This document shows, piece by piece, positions 13,931 through 25,900 of a DNA stretch of 64,000 nucleotides (position 1 is the stretch's first letter; every line of letters starts with the position of its first letter). Origin of the DNA: Callorhinchus milii. Lineage: Eukaryota. Both the position numbers and the translations under genes were made by a program. The notes beneath the pieces were generated by a model. The model did no database searches, was not told where the DNA came from, and saw only the letters and a program-made list of their open reading frames with translations. The stretch lies in NCBI RefSeq assembly GCF_018977255.1, contig NW_024704743.1:31002001-31066000 (forward strand), in the 5' to 3' direction.

Positions 13931-14190
13931 TGACGTACCATTCAATATAATTCATTGTAGTTCTCTGGTTAAATTAGTAGCAAACCTATCATGTCTACAA
14001 ACGTTATCTGATCTCATCCTTCCAGAATGCCCATGCACCCTACCATCCCCCCATCATAGCATCAAGCTGCTTTTTAACTGAGTCCAGTGCCCTGGCCTCA
14101 ACCACCTTTCCTAACAACCTGTTCCAGTCGTTGATTACCCTCTATCCTGAAATTGTGATTTACAACTCCAGTTCTGCTGTCTTGTTGTAT

Positions 14191-14560
14191 CCATTCAAGA
14201 TCCTTGTCCTCATCTTCAATGCCCTCCATGGACTTACCCCATCCTGCTTTGCAAACACTTCAGACCATATCAACCTGGTATCTCTCTTTGAACAACGGGT
14301 ACCGACTTGCTTCATGTCTCCCCCAGGTTAGTTTTTCAGTCCACCTGCTCCCACTCTCTGGAACTCCATCCCGGAGTCTTTCCAACTCACCTCCTCCCTC
14401 ACCTCTTTCAAGGTCTGGCTCAAGACTTTCCTCTTTGACCATTCCTTCGTTACCTTTCCCCTCGGCTCTCACCCCCAGGTCGGGAGCCAAGCCAGGACTG
14501 TCAAATGCGTTGGGATGTCCTCCTGATGTAAAAGGCGCTATATATAAATGTAAATTTGTA
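14191..14560 (+). mobile_element. L2 3' fragment
   Basis: FKILVLIFNALHGLTPS, then ttcaaggtctggctcaagact and tail gcgttgggatgtcctcctgatgtaaaaggcgctatata. Confidence 0.88.
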
Positions 14561-14584
14561 TTGGAATTTGTATTGAATCCTAAA

Positions 14585-14866
14585 AGGCACAGGGCGAAAC
14601 CAGGCACAGGGCGAAACCTTGGGCAAGTTTCCTTACTCCACACAGAGCCTAATAATAATCCCTCCAAAAACCCAAAACAATAATAAATTGGTCATTTTCA
14701 ATCTACGACTGTTTGTGGGACATTGCTGTGCGCAATTGGCTGCCGCGTTCGCCCACAAATATACAGTCAATTCACTTTACAGTGTGTTCTGTGAAGCGCT
14801 TTGGGACGTCCTCCCGACGTGAAAAGCGCTATATCAAATGCAAGGATTATTATTATTATTATTATT
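14585..14866 (+). mobile_element. Young SINE, 5'-truncated, short-middle subfamily
   Basis: Nearly identical to 39905-40150; (att)n tail. Confidence 0.93.
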
Positions 14867-15873
14867 AAAGTATTGATCTCGGTTTACTTTTTCAATTCCA
14901 TTTAAAATTTTATACATGACTATGAGGGCCCTCTGAATTATCTTCTCTCATGACTAAATAGCCAGAGCTTGTGTAATTTTTGCTCATAGATTGTTGCTCT
15001 AACACTGGGGAGCATCCTCACTGCTCTCCTCTGCACCCCTTCTAGAGCCTGGATAGCTCCCTCATGTCATGGTGACCAGAACTGTATCTAGTACTCAGGG
15101 TGAAGTCTGACAAGATCAATGTACAGCCTGTGTATGATGCTTGGGGATCTAAACTCAACTAATTTAGTAATACAGCATCCTATTTGCCTTGTTTATTGCT
15201 GCCTCACACTAACATAGTTAGTGGCGAGTCAACTAACATCTCCAAATCTCTTTCAGATCCTATAACTACTTTGGTACGATCATAAGATTGCATATTATCA
15301 GATATTCTCAGTGGCCATTTCAGAACATAAAACCCTCCCTCCGTGTATTCAGCAGCCATTCTGAAAGTGGGCAGCAAAAGTGTCAGCACCGAACATTATA
15401 GTTTAATGGCCTTTGATACTTTCCTGTCTTAGGAAGATGGATCGTCTCTATAAATACTTGAATTTCCTGTAGCTATGAGAGTTCTGTGAAACCACAGGGA
15501 AATAAATACAGATTTTCAGTCCTATGGAAAGCAGAACCATGCACAGTACATGAACAAGATTAACAGGGCACATATGGAAACAGTGTGAGGAAATGAGAGC
15601 TGGAGATTGTCCATGAACAGTAGTATACATATACATGAGACTGTGCATATGCATATGAGCACATCAGAGACATTCAATGGATTCAGCTTCATAAGAAGCA
15701 CAGCACATTAGAGAAGATACATATAAATGAAGGTGTGATGTTTCAGGGAATGAAAGAGAAAGTGTACTTGTGTGTATGAGAAGAACAAAAAGGCAGGTGA
15801 GAAAATGAACACATGCAAGGCAGCATTTTTGAAAATGTGTCGGAAAGAAAGCCTACATATAAAGTACACACGC

Positions 15874-16210
15874 AATAATAATAATAACTCTTGCAATTGA
15901 TTTGGCGACTTATCACGTCGTTGTGATGTCTCAAAGCGCTTCACAGGATATATTGTAAAGTGGATTTACTACGTACTTTGTGGATGAACTCAGCAGTCAA
16001 GTGTGCACAGCTGTATCTCACAGTACAGCAACAATAACAATTTACAGCACCTTTATAATAATATAGCACCTTTCACGTCAGGAAGATGTCTCAAAGAGTT
16101 ACACACAACTGACACGGGGGGAGGGGGGAGAATGGCAAAGAGATAGTACAGGATTTGGAGGCGGAGGGAAGGGTTTTTCAGAGAATAGTGGTAGAATGGC
16201 TGAAGGCTCG
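15874..16210 (-). mobile_element. Adjacent SINE tail (15874-16025) and L2 tail (16030-16210)
   Basis: Both carry the shared gcgct...gacgtg...gcgct-type 3' motif. Confidence 0.7.
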
Positions 16211-16251
16211 CTCAGGAGCAATTTCCTTAATTTCTCATTAATTGGATGTTT

Positions 16252-16800
16252 CAGCCGTATAGAGCCTTGGTCAGACCACATCTGGAGTATTGTGTTCAGT
16301 TTTGGGCACCAAAACTCGGGAAAGATATGTTGGCTCTGGAGGGGGTGCAATGCAGATTCACCACAATGATACCAGGGCTTCAAAGGTTAAACTATGAGGA
16401 CAGGTTGCATAAACTTGGTCTGTATTCCCTTGAGTTTAGAAGGTTGAGGAGTGATCCAAGGTGTTTAGAACAATAAAGGGATTCAATACAGAGAGACTAT
16501 TTCCTCTGGTGGCGGAATCCAGAACAAGGGGGCATAACCTAGAGCTATGCCATTTAGGAGTGAAATCAGGAAGCATCTTTTCAGGCAAAGGATAATGGAA
16601 ATCTGAAACTCTCTCCCCCCAAAAGCTGTAGCCATTCAAGTTTTCAAGACTGAGGTGGATAGATTTTTGTTAGGTAAGGGTATCAAGCGATATGGGGCAA
16701 AGGCGGGTAACTGGAGTTGAGGTACAGATCAGCCATGATCTAATGGAATGGCTGAACACGCTCGAGGGGCTCGATGGCCTACTCCTGTTTTATGTTCCTA
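16252..16800 (+). mobile_element. CR1 LINE 3' end with shark-type (HER1/HE1-like) tail
   Basis: [18 protein letters not shown]...[15 protein letters not shown]...[10 protein letters not shown]; tail cagccatgatctaatggaatgg...ctcgaggggctcgatggcctactcctg. Confidence 0.95.
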
Positions 16801-18528
16801 ATTGCTTTTACACATTGGTTCAAAATAACTCAAAAGTAAATCAAAACTAAAACTCGGGCAACGTCATCCAGCCCTTTCTTTATGTCTAGCCATGAAGAGC
16901 TCAAGAAAGGTTAGAGAAATTAAAAGAAAATGAGGCATCATTGGTGGTGCTTACTATTATGCATAAAACTACTCTGCACCGATTTATAATCTTAGCCTTC
17001 TCTACACTAGATCTAAATACATTTCTTATTACTCGCTCGATTAGTCTTTACTTTAAATGCGTGAGAGTCTCAAATCCAATCTGAAAAACTAATGCATTGT
17101 AAACTCAGTTTAATGCTTTGCACTTAGGAACAGTGGTAATAATGTAAGCTGCCTCTGGCTAAACCATATTCTATGCGAACTTACTTGACCATACAGGTGT
17201 CCCTCTTTGTTGAATGCAAACCTGAAGTTACAAGTTTCACTGCTATTTCCTGTTAAATAGAATCAAATTGCTCATATTGCTGACTGCACAGCTGAAAGCT
17301 TCAGTACCTGTACGCCCAATAAGGATGTAGTTGCCTTGCCAGCCACGTTATTGTAACGTGGGACAGATACCCAATTCTAGCCGGCAAGCAGGCATTGTTT
17401 GAGAACAAGAGATTTTCTTTCAGTAAAGGCAGGAAGTATGTTCAGCGAAGCACCCAATTGCAGGAGTTCTCAGTCCGTTCTTTTCACACCAGCAGTTAGA
17501 GCACAGTGAATTGGAACCTATTTTGCGTTCTCCAGTGAAACAGGTTTTTGCATAGTGTCAAATTGTAATACATAATCAAACATCCATAGACAGACGCATG
17601 TAATAGCCTTCATAAACTAAAGTAATGCACCAGTTAACAGCACAGCAAGAGCTGCCAAAAGTACAAGATGACTTTCATGAACAAAAGGTAGAGGTTTCTG
17701 ACAAGCTTTTGCTTATGTTATGATAGCTTTGCATTATCAGTTTGACTGTACTAACTGTGGAGATTTCAGTTACAGAAACAAAGCAAACCACTGGAATGCA
17801 TGTTTCTATGTATTACTGTTCCAATTCTGTGAAATTGTACCCAATAATTGGTGACTCATTGCTCACCATATCTAAAGAATGTGAGACAGCAATAAACAAA
17901 GGAAATATCTCAGAGAGACCTTATAGACATGCATAGGACATCAGCAATGCTCTGAACATCATTGCAAGCTAAAGACATAGCATGTCTAAGGAAAACGGCC
18001 ATTTACGCTTCAATATCTACCCAGGAAAACCAGCAACACCGTGGGCAAAGGCCAGCTTTTATACCCGTAAACTATTCACTATCACCGACAGACCCCACTT
18101 TCCTGCCCCATGGTTGGATGTTTTCAATGTAAGGAAATACAATTCTAGATGCTTCAAACCCCAAATCAAAGAATACTTTCATAATGGGTCTTTGTCAACA
18201 CATCCAAGTCGGCAAGTACTGCCGTAACCAATGCTGGTTTAAATGGGTTCCACAAAAATCTTCGATCCCTAAGTTTTTAAATGTTATAGAACCTGCTCTT
18301 TAAAACCGTTACAAAACGAGTGCAAGTTAGAGAGTACGTGTGCAGGGCTCTTCTCAGTTATGGTGAAGGTGAAATTTGGTTCAGGAGAAAAAGTGTTTTA
18401 TGAATCACTTATTGCTGGAAGCGATTTCATGCAATATAAATGGGACAGTAAAATTGCAATGTCATCTCGCAGATAGATTGGGGTTGGGGCTGAATTCAGA
18501 ATCAATCATACTACAAATTTTGGGATTA

Positions 18529-18750
18529 ATAATAATAATACAACCCTTGCATATGATATAGCATCTCATCACATCTTCGATACACCTCAAAGCTTTTCAC
18601 ACGATATACTGTAAAATGTAGTGACTATTTCTTGTGGGCGAAATGCAGCAGCCAATTGCACACAGCAGTATCCCACAAACAGTCGTGGATTGAGTTACCA
18701 AGTTTTTTTTAAGGGATTATTACCCCTGAAAAAACAATCCGCTGGGCAAA
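18529..18750 (-). mobile_element. SINE 3' half
   Basis: (aat)n...gccaattgcacacagcagtatcccacaaacagtcgtggatt...gggattatta. Confidence 0.82.
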
Positions 18751-20849
18751 CCGATACTGTTTGTATTTATATCATCTCAAACAATACTGAATCATCATCA
18801 AGACCAGAAACTGTAGAATTCTTTCACAAGGCCCTTGTTTTTCCAGATAAGACTGTCTTCAAAGTTTTCAGTGGAAATTCTGTCATTCGAAGCATAGGTT
18901 GCAAGGAAGACAGAGTTTTTATAAGGCAACTTTATGAACAATTCAAGCTTTGCTGTTGTGGTGGAGAGTACTGGAGCCCATCGTCTCTGTTCAGCTTGTT
19001 AACAGACTTGAAAGCAAGCTGTTATTCTCAATTACCTCTTTACACTACCAGCCAGGGGCCTGACATCTGCTGGAATCTGATCTCTGATTAGCAGTGTAAA
19101 TCCAAAAACTTTGTACTCAGAATCAGTTGCACTGTGGAAGTAAACCTACCACCTGCTTGGGTTTCAAGTCAGGACCAATTTCAGAGGCACTACTGTAAAA
19201 ATATTTGGCAGATGGAAATTTCTACCCACACTACTCACCACATCAATATGACAAACAAGAAAAGTTCCCCCAAGTTTCACTTTCCATATACAAAGCAAAT
19301 TGTATATTCAGGACATGATTTGCAATGTTGGTGTATGGGAGGCACAACCTGTGCTGTAATGAGGAATAATACATCCAACTAAATAACAGTAAAATCCAAA
19401 CATTTAATAACGTAGGAAAACATACAGAGGAAGCATTCGAGTCCACGAAGTGTGGTCCACCATCAGATAGCAGATATTTTAATCTCAATGCACCGGCTAT
19501 CTTTCACTATCTTTAATATCTCTGATACCTATCTGTCTTTCTTTCAAACATCCTTTTTGATTCAAAATGCAAAATACAGTCAATCCACTTTACAGTAAAT
19601 TCTGTGATGAGCTTTGAGATGTCTCAATGATGTGATCAGGCGCTAGTTCACATCCAAGGATTATTATTTTTATTCTACAACTATCTGGGTTTGACACCCA
19701 TGGATGGTCACCTTCCCGTTAATACCTCCCTTCCAGCTCAGGATCCCACTTAGACTTTGTATAGCCTTTTGAGACTTTCTCCTATATGTAAGGTGGTGCT
19801 GTATGACTACAAATTGTTGTTGTTGAGTATCATACATCAAATGATAGTGAATCTGGACCAAGGATCAAGCAGCTAAGAACCAACTTTACCAACAGTAGAA
19901 GACGTGGATATAAAGGGAAGTGATAAAAATACTGTGTGACCTATACAGTGAAATGCTCTTTTTTACATTGTTAAAGATCAAAATGCTAATAAAAAACACA
20001 TAAGGACTGAAATGTCACCTAGTAAAGGTGTCTGAGATCATTTTGTCTTACAATATTCTTCAATTCAGTCTTAATTTGGAAGCCATTTCTTGTCTAAGAG
20101 TTGTGAAAAACTGGCTTCCAAAGTAAGAATGAATTAAAGATTTTTTTCTTAAATTTTGAGATAAATAGTCGTCCAGACTAAGACAAGGTGGAATTTGGGG
20201 CCTACAGTATCCTAGAATGTTATAGCACCACAGACCAATTGATCATGTCTGCGTTGGTGCTTTTTTTTCTGGCCTCCTGATATAATCTCTTCTCTACACT
20301 CCCTATACCCTTTAATATCCCTCTTTGTAAACATTGATCTAATTCCCTTTTAAATGAATTGCACTTACCACTCCCACCTCCTTAAACTGTTTTTTACCCC
20401 ACCACACATTCTTCAATCTATGAGATTTACAAATTTTCCCAAGGATGTAATGTCAGTTCAGCCATCCGTGTAAAATCATTCTGCTGGTAATTCTACATTC
20501 AGTTATTTATCTGACCCATAACCCAATGTAAAATCTGATACACATTTTAACATTAGGGAGCTCATATTGAGTCATTTCCCAAAACAGGAAACAATCAAAT
20601 ATCTGAGCAAACAACGCATCTGCGTATTACTTCACCAGGGCGAGTAGTTAACACCTTTTCATGTTATGCAGATCCAGTTACTGATTGTGAAGAATCCTAC
20701 AAAGTCCAATCAAATAGCTGTCATTCATCATACCTGCTTGCTTAGCTGTCAAGAGCTACACTGACAGGTGCGACCTGTAAAAGTGACAAAAACGCTGACT
20801 GGAGCCATCCCGTGAAATAAACAGTGGAATCTATTACAATAATGAGTGC

Positions 20850-21235
20850 TTCCAAGTGGCTCACTGGGTAAAGCTGGATCTGCAATTCCTGAATGTCTGC
20901 TGAGTTAGCTGATCTCAGGGGACGGTATTGGAGATGCTACACTTGGCCTTGGTGCCCCTATGTTAGAAAGGGGAACATCTGCCAGAGTTCTTTTTCGCAA
21001 TCACCAGCATTGGCCCCCACCTTACTGCTGGAACAACAGGCACGTGGATGTTGTGTGAGGATAGGATTGGGCTCAGCTGCTTTGTCCCTTACGGTCGAAT
21101 AACCTGCCAGGCTGACACATCAATAATGTTCATTTGGATGAGATACCAGAGGCCGCCTTGTGCCACTGGAATGACATCATACAGAAAGGAGATAACGAAT
21201 CAAATGCCTTCAGGAGAGGAGAAATATTGAAACAA
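20850..21235 (+). repeat. Most complete copy of old SINE-like family X
   Basis: A-box-like tggctcactgg head, gctgagttagctgatctcag, gtggatg...aggataggattgggctc, and tcaaatgccttcaggag end; related copies elsewhere in the window. Confidence 0.65.
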
Positions 21236-21840
21236 AATCCCCTTGAGGGATTTCAAACAGTAAGGGCTGAGCGGACAGTTATAAACCAGTGAAGCTTTAC
21301 TCCCAAGGGCAGATTAATGCCAAATATCCATGATCTTCTACGTGAATTCAAGCTATTATTATAATATTTAATGTCATTAATATGTATTTTGTATTATGTT
21401 TCAATATATTTCTTAAGGTATCATTAAATATGACAAAAATATGACACAGAATAAATGAACTGAAGACATGTAGGTGAGCCCTTTAGCTCTGGTTACATTT
21501 GCTGTGCTAACTGTGTGAAATGGTTATTCAATCTGAGCAGGGTTGATTTCCATTGGTGTTCTATGGTGCTGCTTATGTACTTGTATCCCCTTTGGCTTCT
21601 AGGAACACAAGAAAACACAAATAAAAGGAGGCCATTCAGTCCATCAAACCTGTCCCATAACTTGGACATAAAATTTTGTGATCTTCTCTCGTGGCATTCT
21701 TTTGCTCAATCCTCAACTCAGCTAATTTATTGGTGTTGCTGCACATCCCCGGGTCCACCAATGGCAGCCAATCCTTAAGCCACTGAGTCCCCACCCTGGA
21801 ATTCCCTCCCTCAACCAATTTATCTCAACCTTTCTATCTG

Positions 21841-21984
21841 TAGTCAAACCTGTTCAAGGAACCACCTCCATCAACCACCCTTCAGTGGGTGTTCACACAC
21901 CAACAAATACTTACTCAGAAACCAGCCTTATACAAAGGCCACTTTGGCCCAGTCCGAAGAGGTTATTGAAGACAGGTTTGACTG
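21841..21984. mobile_element. pogo/Tigger-like MITE (144 bp)
   Basis: Terminal inverted repeats tagtcaaacctgt...acaggtttgactg followed by TA; colinear with 38428-38595. Confidence 0.82.
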
Positions 21985-24900
21985 TATTCTCAAAAGCTGC
22001 CTAAAAATTCATCTTCTCCACCTCATGGCCTCTGTAAAGTGTTTTGAGATACAGTGTGCTGAAATATTGTAGAAATGAAACCCTAATCAATGGTTACTGT
22101 CAAACACTGGTCAACAGGTTTCCTGCATTCAGTAGATGTTGCAAAATTCCAGAATTAGTCAATATTAGTCGACAAATCTATTATTGACACGGAACAAGCC
22201 AGCTAATCACTGGCATGTAAACAGGCTGAAATAACGGCTTTTCCCATTAATCAACTCGGTTTAACCTGATCGACTAAGAAAGTAACAGGAGGGTAAAAAA
22301 ATGCGGGAGTCGCAACAGCTTTCATCGTATGGACGTGTATGATGTCCACCCTGACCCTGAATTCTGCTCTGACACATCCAGAGGAAAGTCGCAGCAGAGT
22401 GATGATCGCATGAGCCTGTGTGACCCACAAATGGTTACACTGGCAGGATCCGGTATTTGTATATCTTTTATCTTTCATAAATGCTGCTACGAGTTCAGCA
22501 TTTTTAAACCTATTACTGATTGATGCTATATACTGATTACTGACAGTATGATACTACAGAAATGCACCTCAGAAATACCACAAAAATGTGACAGAAATGT
22601 TTTTTTTCTAGTTTACCTTTTCTATTGCTGATTTCGATTTAGTTTTATTAGAAGCCACTTCTTAAATGAACATTTGTGGTGTGATAACCAGAATTTTGAT
22701 GACTTCAATTTTAAAGCTGCTCCACTCACAACCCCACTTTGCAGGATGGAAAGACACTGGTATAAAAGTAAAAACAGCAGTTGTCCACATCTCACCATGT
22801 TACTATACACAGTGTGCAGAGACACAATAAAAACTCATCTCAAGCTTCAGTTCAGGTTATGATTAATGTGGCTTATCAAGGGCCAGATGGTGTAGAACCA
22901 CTTCCATCAATCAATATGAAAGCCCTATAAACGCTGCCGACACTGGTGAGCTTAGAACAGTCGCTTGGTCCATAAATGTACTCCCACAATGCGCCAGAGA
23001 AGGAGAGGTTGAGGAATGAATGGTGTTTCTGAAAAGGTTCAAAATTAAGGTGATATAGCAGCATTCATATTCGTATCAAATACAAGATTTTTTGTTCAAT
23101 CCCATAAAATCTTTTGCTTCAAACCCATTCCACCCCTCACACTGACACTTAGAAAATAGCAAATATCACAATATTTTGTTCCTTACAATAATTGCATGCT
23201 TTACCCATTATACCAAAAGGTTGCAGATGAAACCCAAATGCAAATATCAGATTGTTAAAAAAAACAATAAGCATTTTTGCCGTCAAAGCTGATTGAATCA
23301 CTAAGTGTCTGAAAAATGTTTAATATAATGAAAACTGACAATAACACTGTTTCCCAGTTTCTTTTTTAAAGGTCTGCTGTTCTTGCGCACTTGAGCACAG
23401 GATCATGTTTCTTCATGACTAGAAAACTGATTTAGAAAACTGATGAAGAGTTTTTGTTTTCACGTTTGTAAAGTTTTCTTATGATGTTTAAACATCCCCA
23501 TTCTATTTAGGTCATCAGCAGCAAGAGTATGTGGTAAATCAGCAGCAAAGAAATCTACACGTAACGCCTATGAGTTCAGTTGAATTGTAGACCATGTACC
23601 CAATATTAGCAGAGATTAAGGCAGACACTAACACTGCCGAGCTAAGTGGTGCATTTCCATAATATTTTGATACATCAGCTAGAGCTACAGAAACAGAACA
23701 GCAGCTGGTTTAAGAGCACACCCCTTGGATCCATGCGACGGATTCTCAGACGCTCACATGCTCAGCGACTATTCACATACCTGAATTAACAGACCAAATG
23801 AAAAGTTCTTTATACAGCAACATAATCCTGCGTTGTGCAATATTTGGCTAACCCTTACCTGCCCAGCCTATCTTTCAAATATGTTCAATGTTCAAAATAG
23901 CTCTGTACTCTTCAAATTAGAAGCAGCTGTAAGTGTCAGCACTACGGGGACTCTTTAGAATGATACATGCAGCAAAAGATGTATAGCTCAAATTCAGCTC
24001 TGTGAAACACTACTGAGACTGAGATATTCAAAGGGAGATGGGTAGAGGAGACGTGTGGTGAGACAATCTGCAATGTCTATGTGTATGCACTAGTTACAGT
24101 GAGAGAAATCAAGGCGTACAACAATTGTGATTACCTTACGCTTGGTGAAATATTTAAGGGTTTTCTTTGCCTTCTAAGAATATTTCAGCATAAGGAATAA
24201 AAGAACATTAGAGAAGGCAAACATTTGATGCCCATACAGTCTCTGCAAACCATAAGACTGCAGTAGTGACTTGCTAAGGTCTGTGCTTGTCTGATAATTT
24301 TCACCTTGATGTTTGTACACAATACACGGCAGTAATATCGTCTTCTTCGAATCTCTAACAGACTTCTCCCTTAGTACCAAAGTGGAATGAAGTCCGAGAG
24401 TACGACATTCTGCTCAGTGTTTGTGTGCTGATCTGGGAAGTCTCACTTGTGTCATGTGAGTTTAGGAACAAAGCTGGGGCTTGAACTTGCAGTGATCTTG
24501 TTGAGAAACAAGTGACTGTATGAAGCAAATATTTATTTGTGTGAAGATATGTTTGAAGTGTTTCATTGCCTTCTTAATAAGCTGGAGTTAAGTGTAAACA
24601 AAATCACAAGAGGAAGTTTCCAAAAATAGGACCACACACCCCATGCAATGCTTAAACTGCCTATCTCTGAAGGATGTTTAACCCTTTCCTGCGGTGTGGA
24701 ATACACCTATATTTGCATTTAATAACCCTGCTTATCAGCACTTGCAGGCAATCTGCAAGGAGATATCAAGAGATTTTCTTTCCCTGCCAGGCATTGGAAT
24801 TATTGGGGTGAAAAATGTGACATGGGATGTGATAATAATCACCTTTGATAATTATCATTGAGAGAAATAACTGACAACAGTTGTGTTCAAACCAGTTCAG

Positions 24901-25544
24901 AGTTAACAGAGTTAAGAGTGAATTAATTCAGCAATTCGCAAAATCAGATGATACGGCACAGATTTTACCCAATAAGAACAAGTTTGATTTTCCTAAAAAC
25001 GTTTGGGAACAGGAACTCCAATAACAGCCAAGGAGTCTGCAGGCACCCTTCAGGTTCATCCAAATGTGTCAAAGTCAGGAAAATTTCAATCCACAGGCAG
25101 CCAATTCAGAAACCAGCAAACATGAATGAAAAAAACTGGCGAAGTTTGGCAAAGGCCAGTGAGCAAAACAGATTATGCTGGCCTTCATTTGGACTTTGTC
25201 TGCAATTTGCCTTTTTGAGAATGGCAAAGCAAAAGTAAATATTCACAAATGAAAACTGTGATTTAAGCTTTGTGTCTGATTACGAACATCGCAAAACAAA
25301 TGTGATATTCAAAGTCCGAGTTGCATGAAAACTGTGCAAGTCGTATCAAAAACAATTTAATCAATAAATGTAAACAATTCTCCTCATACCTACTCAAAGG
25401 TCCATCAGAATGTTTTCAACACACAAAGTCTAAAATTTAGATACTCGTTTGTTTAAATGTTAGACCCATGACAGTATCTGCAAATGCCATATATCTATGT
25501 AAGAACTTGCATTCCATTATAACAAAATTATTCCATTCGTTGTG

Positions 25545-25900
25545 TTTCCTATATTCTGTGAAGCGTTTTGAGACGTTTCAAAGACGTGAAAAGCGCTATA
25601 TCGAATGCAAGGATTATTACTGATATAGCACCTATGGCGGCAAAATATTCCAAAGTGCTTCACAGGTAACTGCTGTCAAGTGTAGTGAATATGTATTTGT
25701 TCGCAATTACGGAAGTCAATTTGCACACAGCAATTTATCTGTAGGACCAGTGGCAAGGCCACCAGGAGAAGCTATCTCCCTTTTCTTTTCAAATAGTTTC
25801 ATGGGAAATTTAACATCCACCTGAAAAACAGGCAGAATGGACTTCAGTTTAACAACGGAAGGCGTGTGGCACCTCCAATAAAGCAGCAGTGCCCCAAGTG
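25545..25900. mobile_element. Tail-to-tail SINEs: plus-strand tail 25545-25620 and minus-strand Deu-type SINE 25620-25900
   Basis: aagcgttttgagacgtttcaaagacgtgaaaagcgc abuts tgatatagcacct...catgggaaatttaacatccacctgaaaaacaggcaga (reverse Deu core). Confidence 0.78.

Larger units (their letters stand above)
14040..15270 (-). mobile_element. CR1 LINE fragment split by an L2 and a SINE (CR1 parts about 14040-14190 and 14870-15270)
   Basis: Minus strand shows ERDLEMLVDSPL, cttgtcagacttcaccctgagtac, ctctagaaggggtgcagaggagagca and, past the insertions, agggtaatcaacgactggaacaggttg. Confidence 0.75.

Noticed and set aside
18621..19091. 156-aa ORF
   Set aside because: Begins inside a reversed SINE, has no recognisable domain and no splice support.
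22335..22410. C/D-box-like motifs (atgatg...ctga, gtgatga)
   Set aside because: Antisense to the host gene, boxes imperfect or in the wrong order, and no terminal stem.
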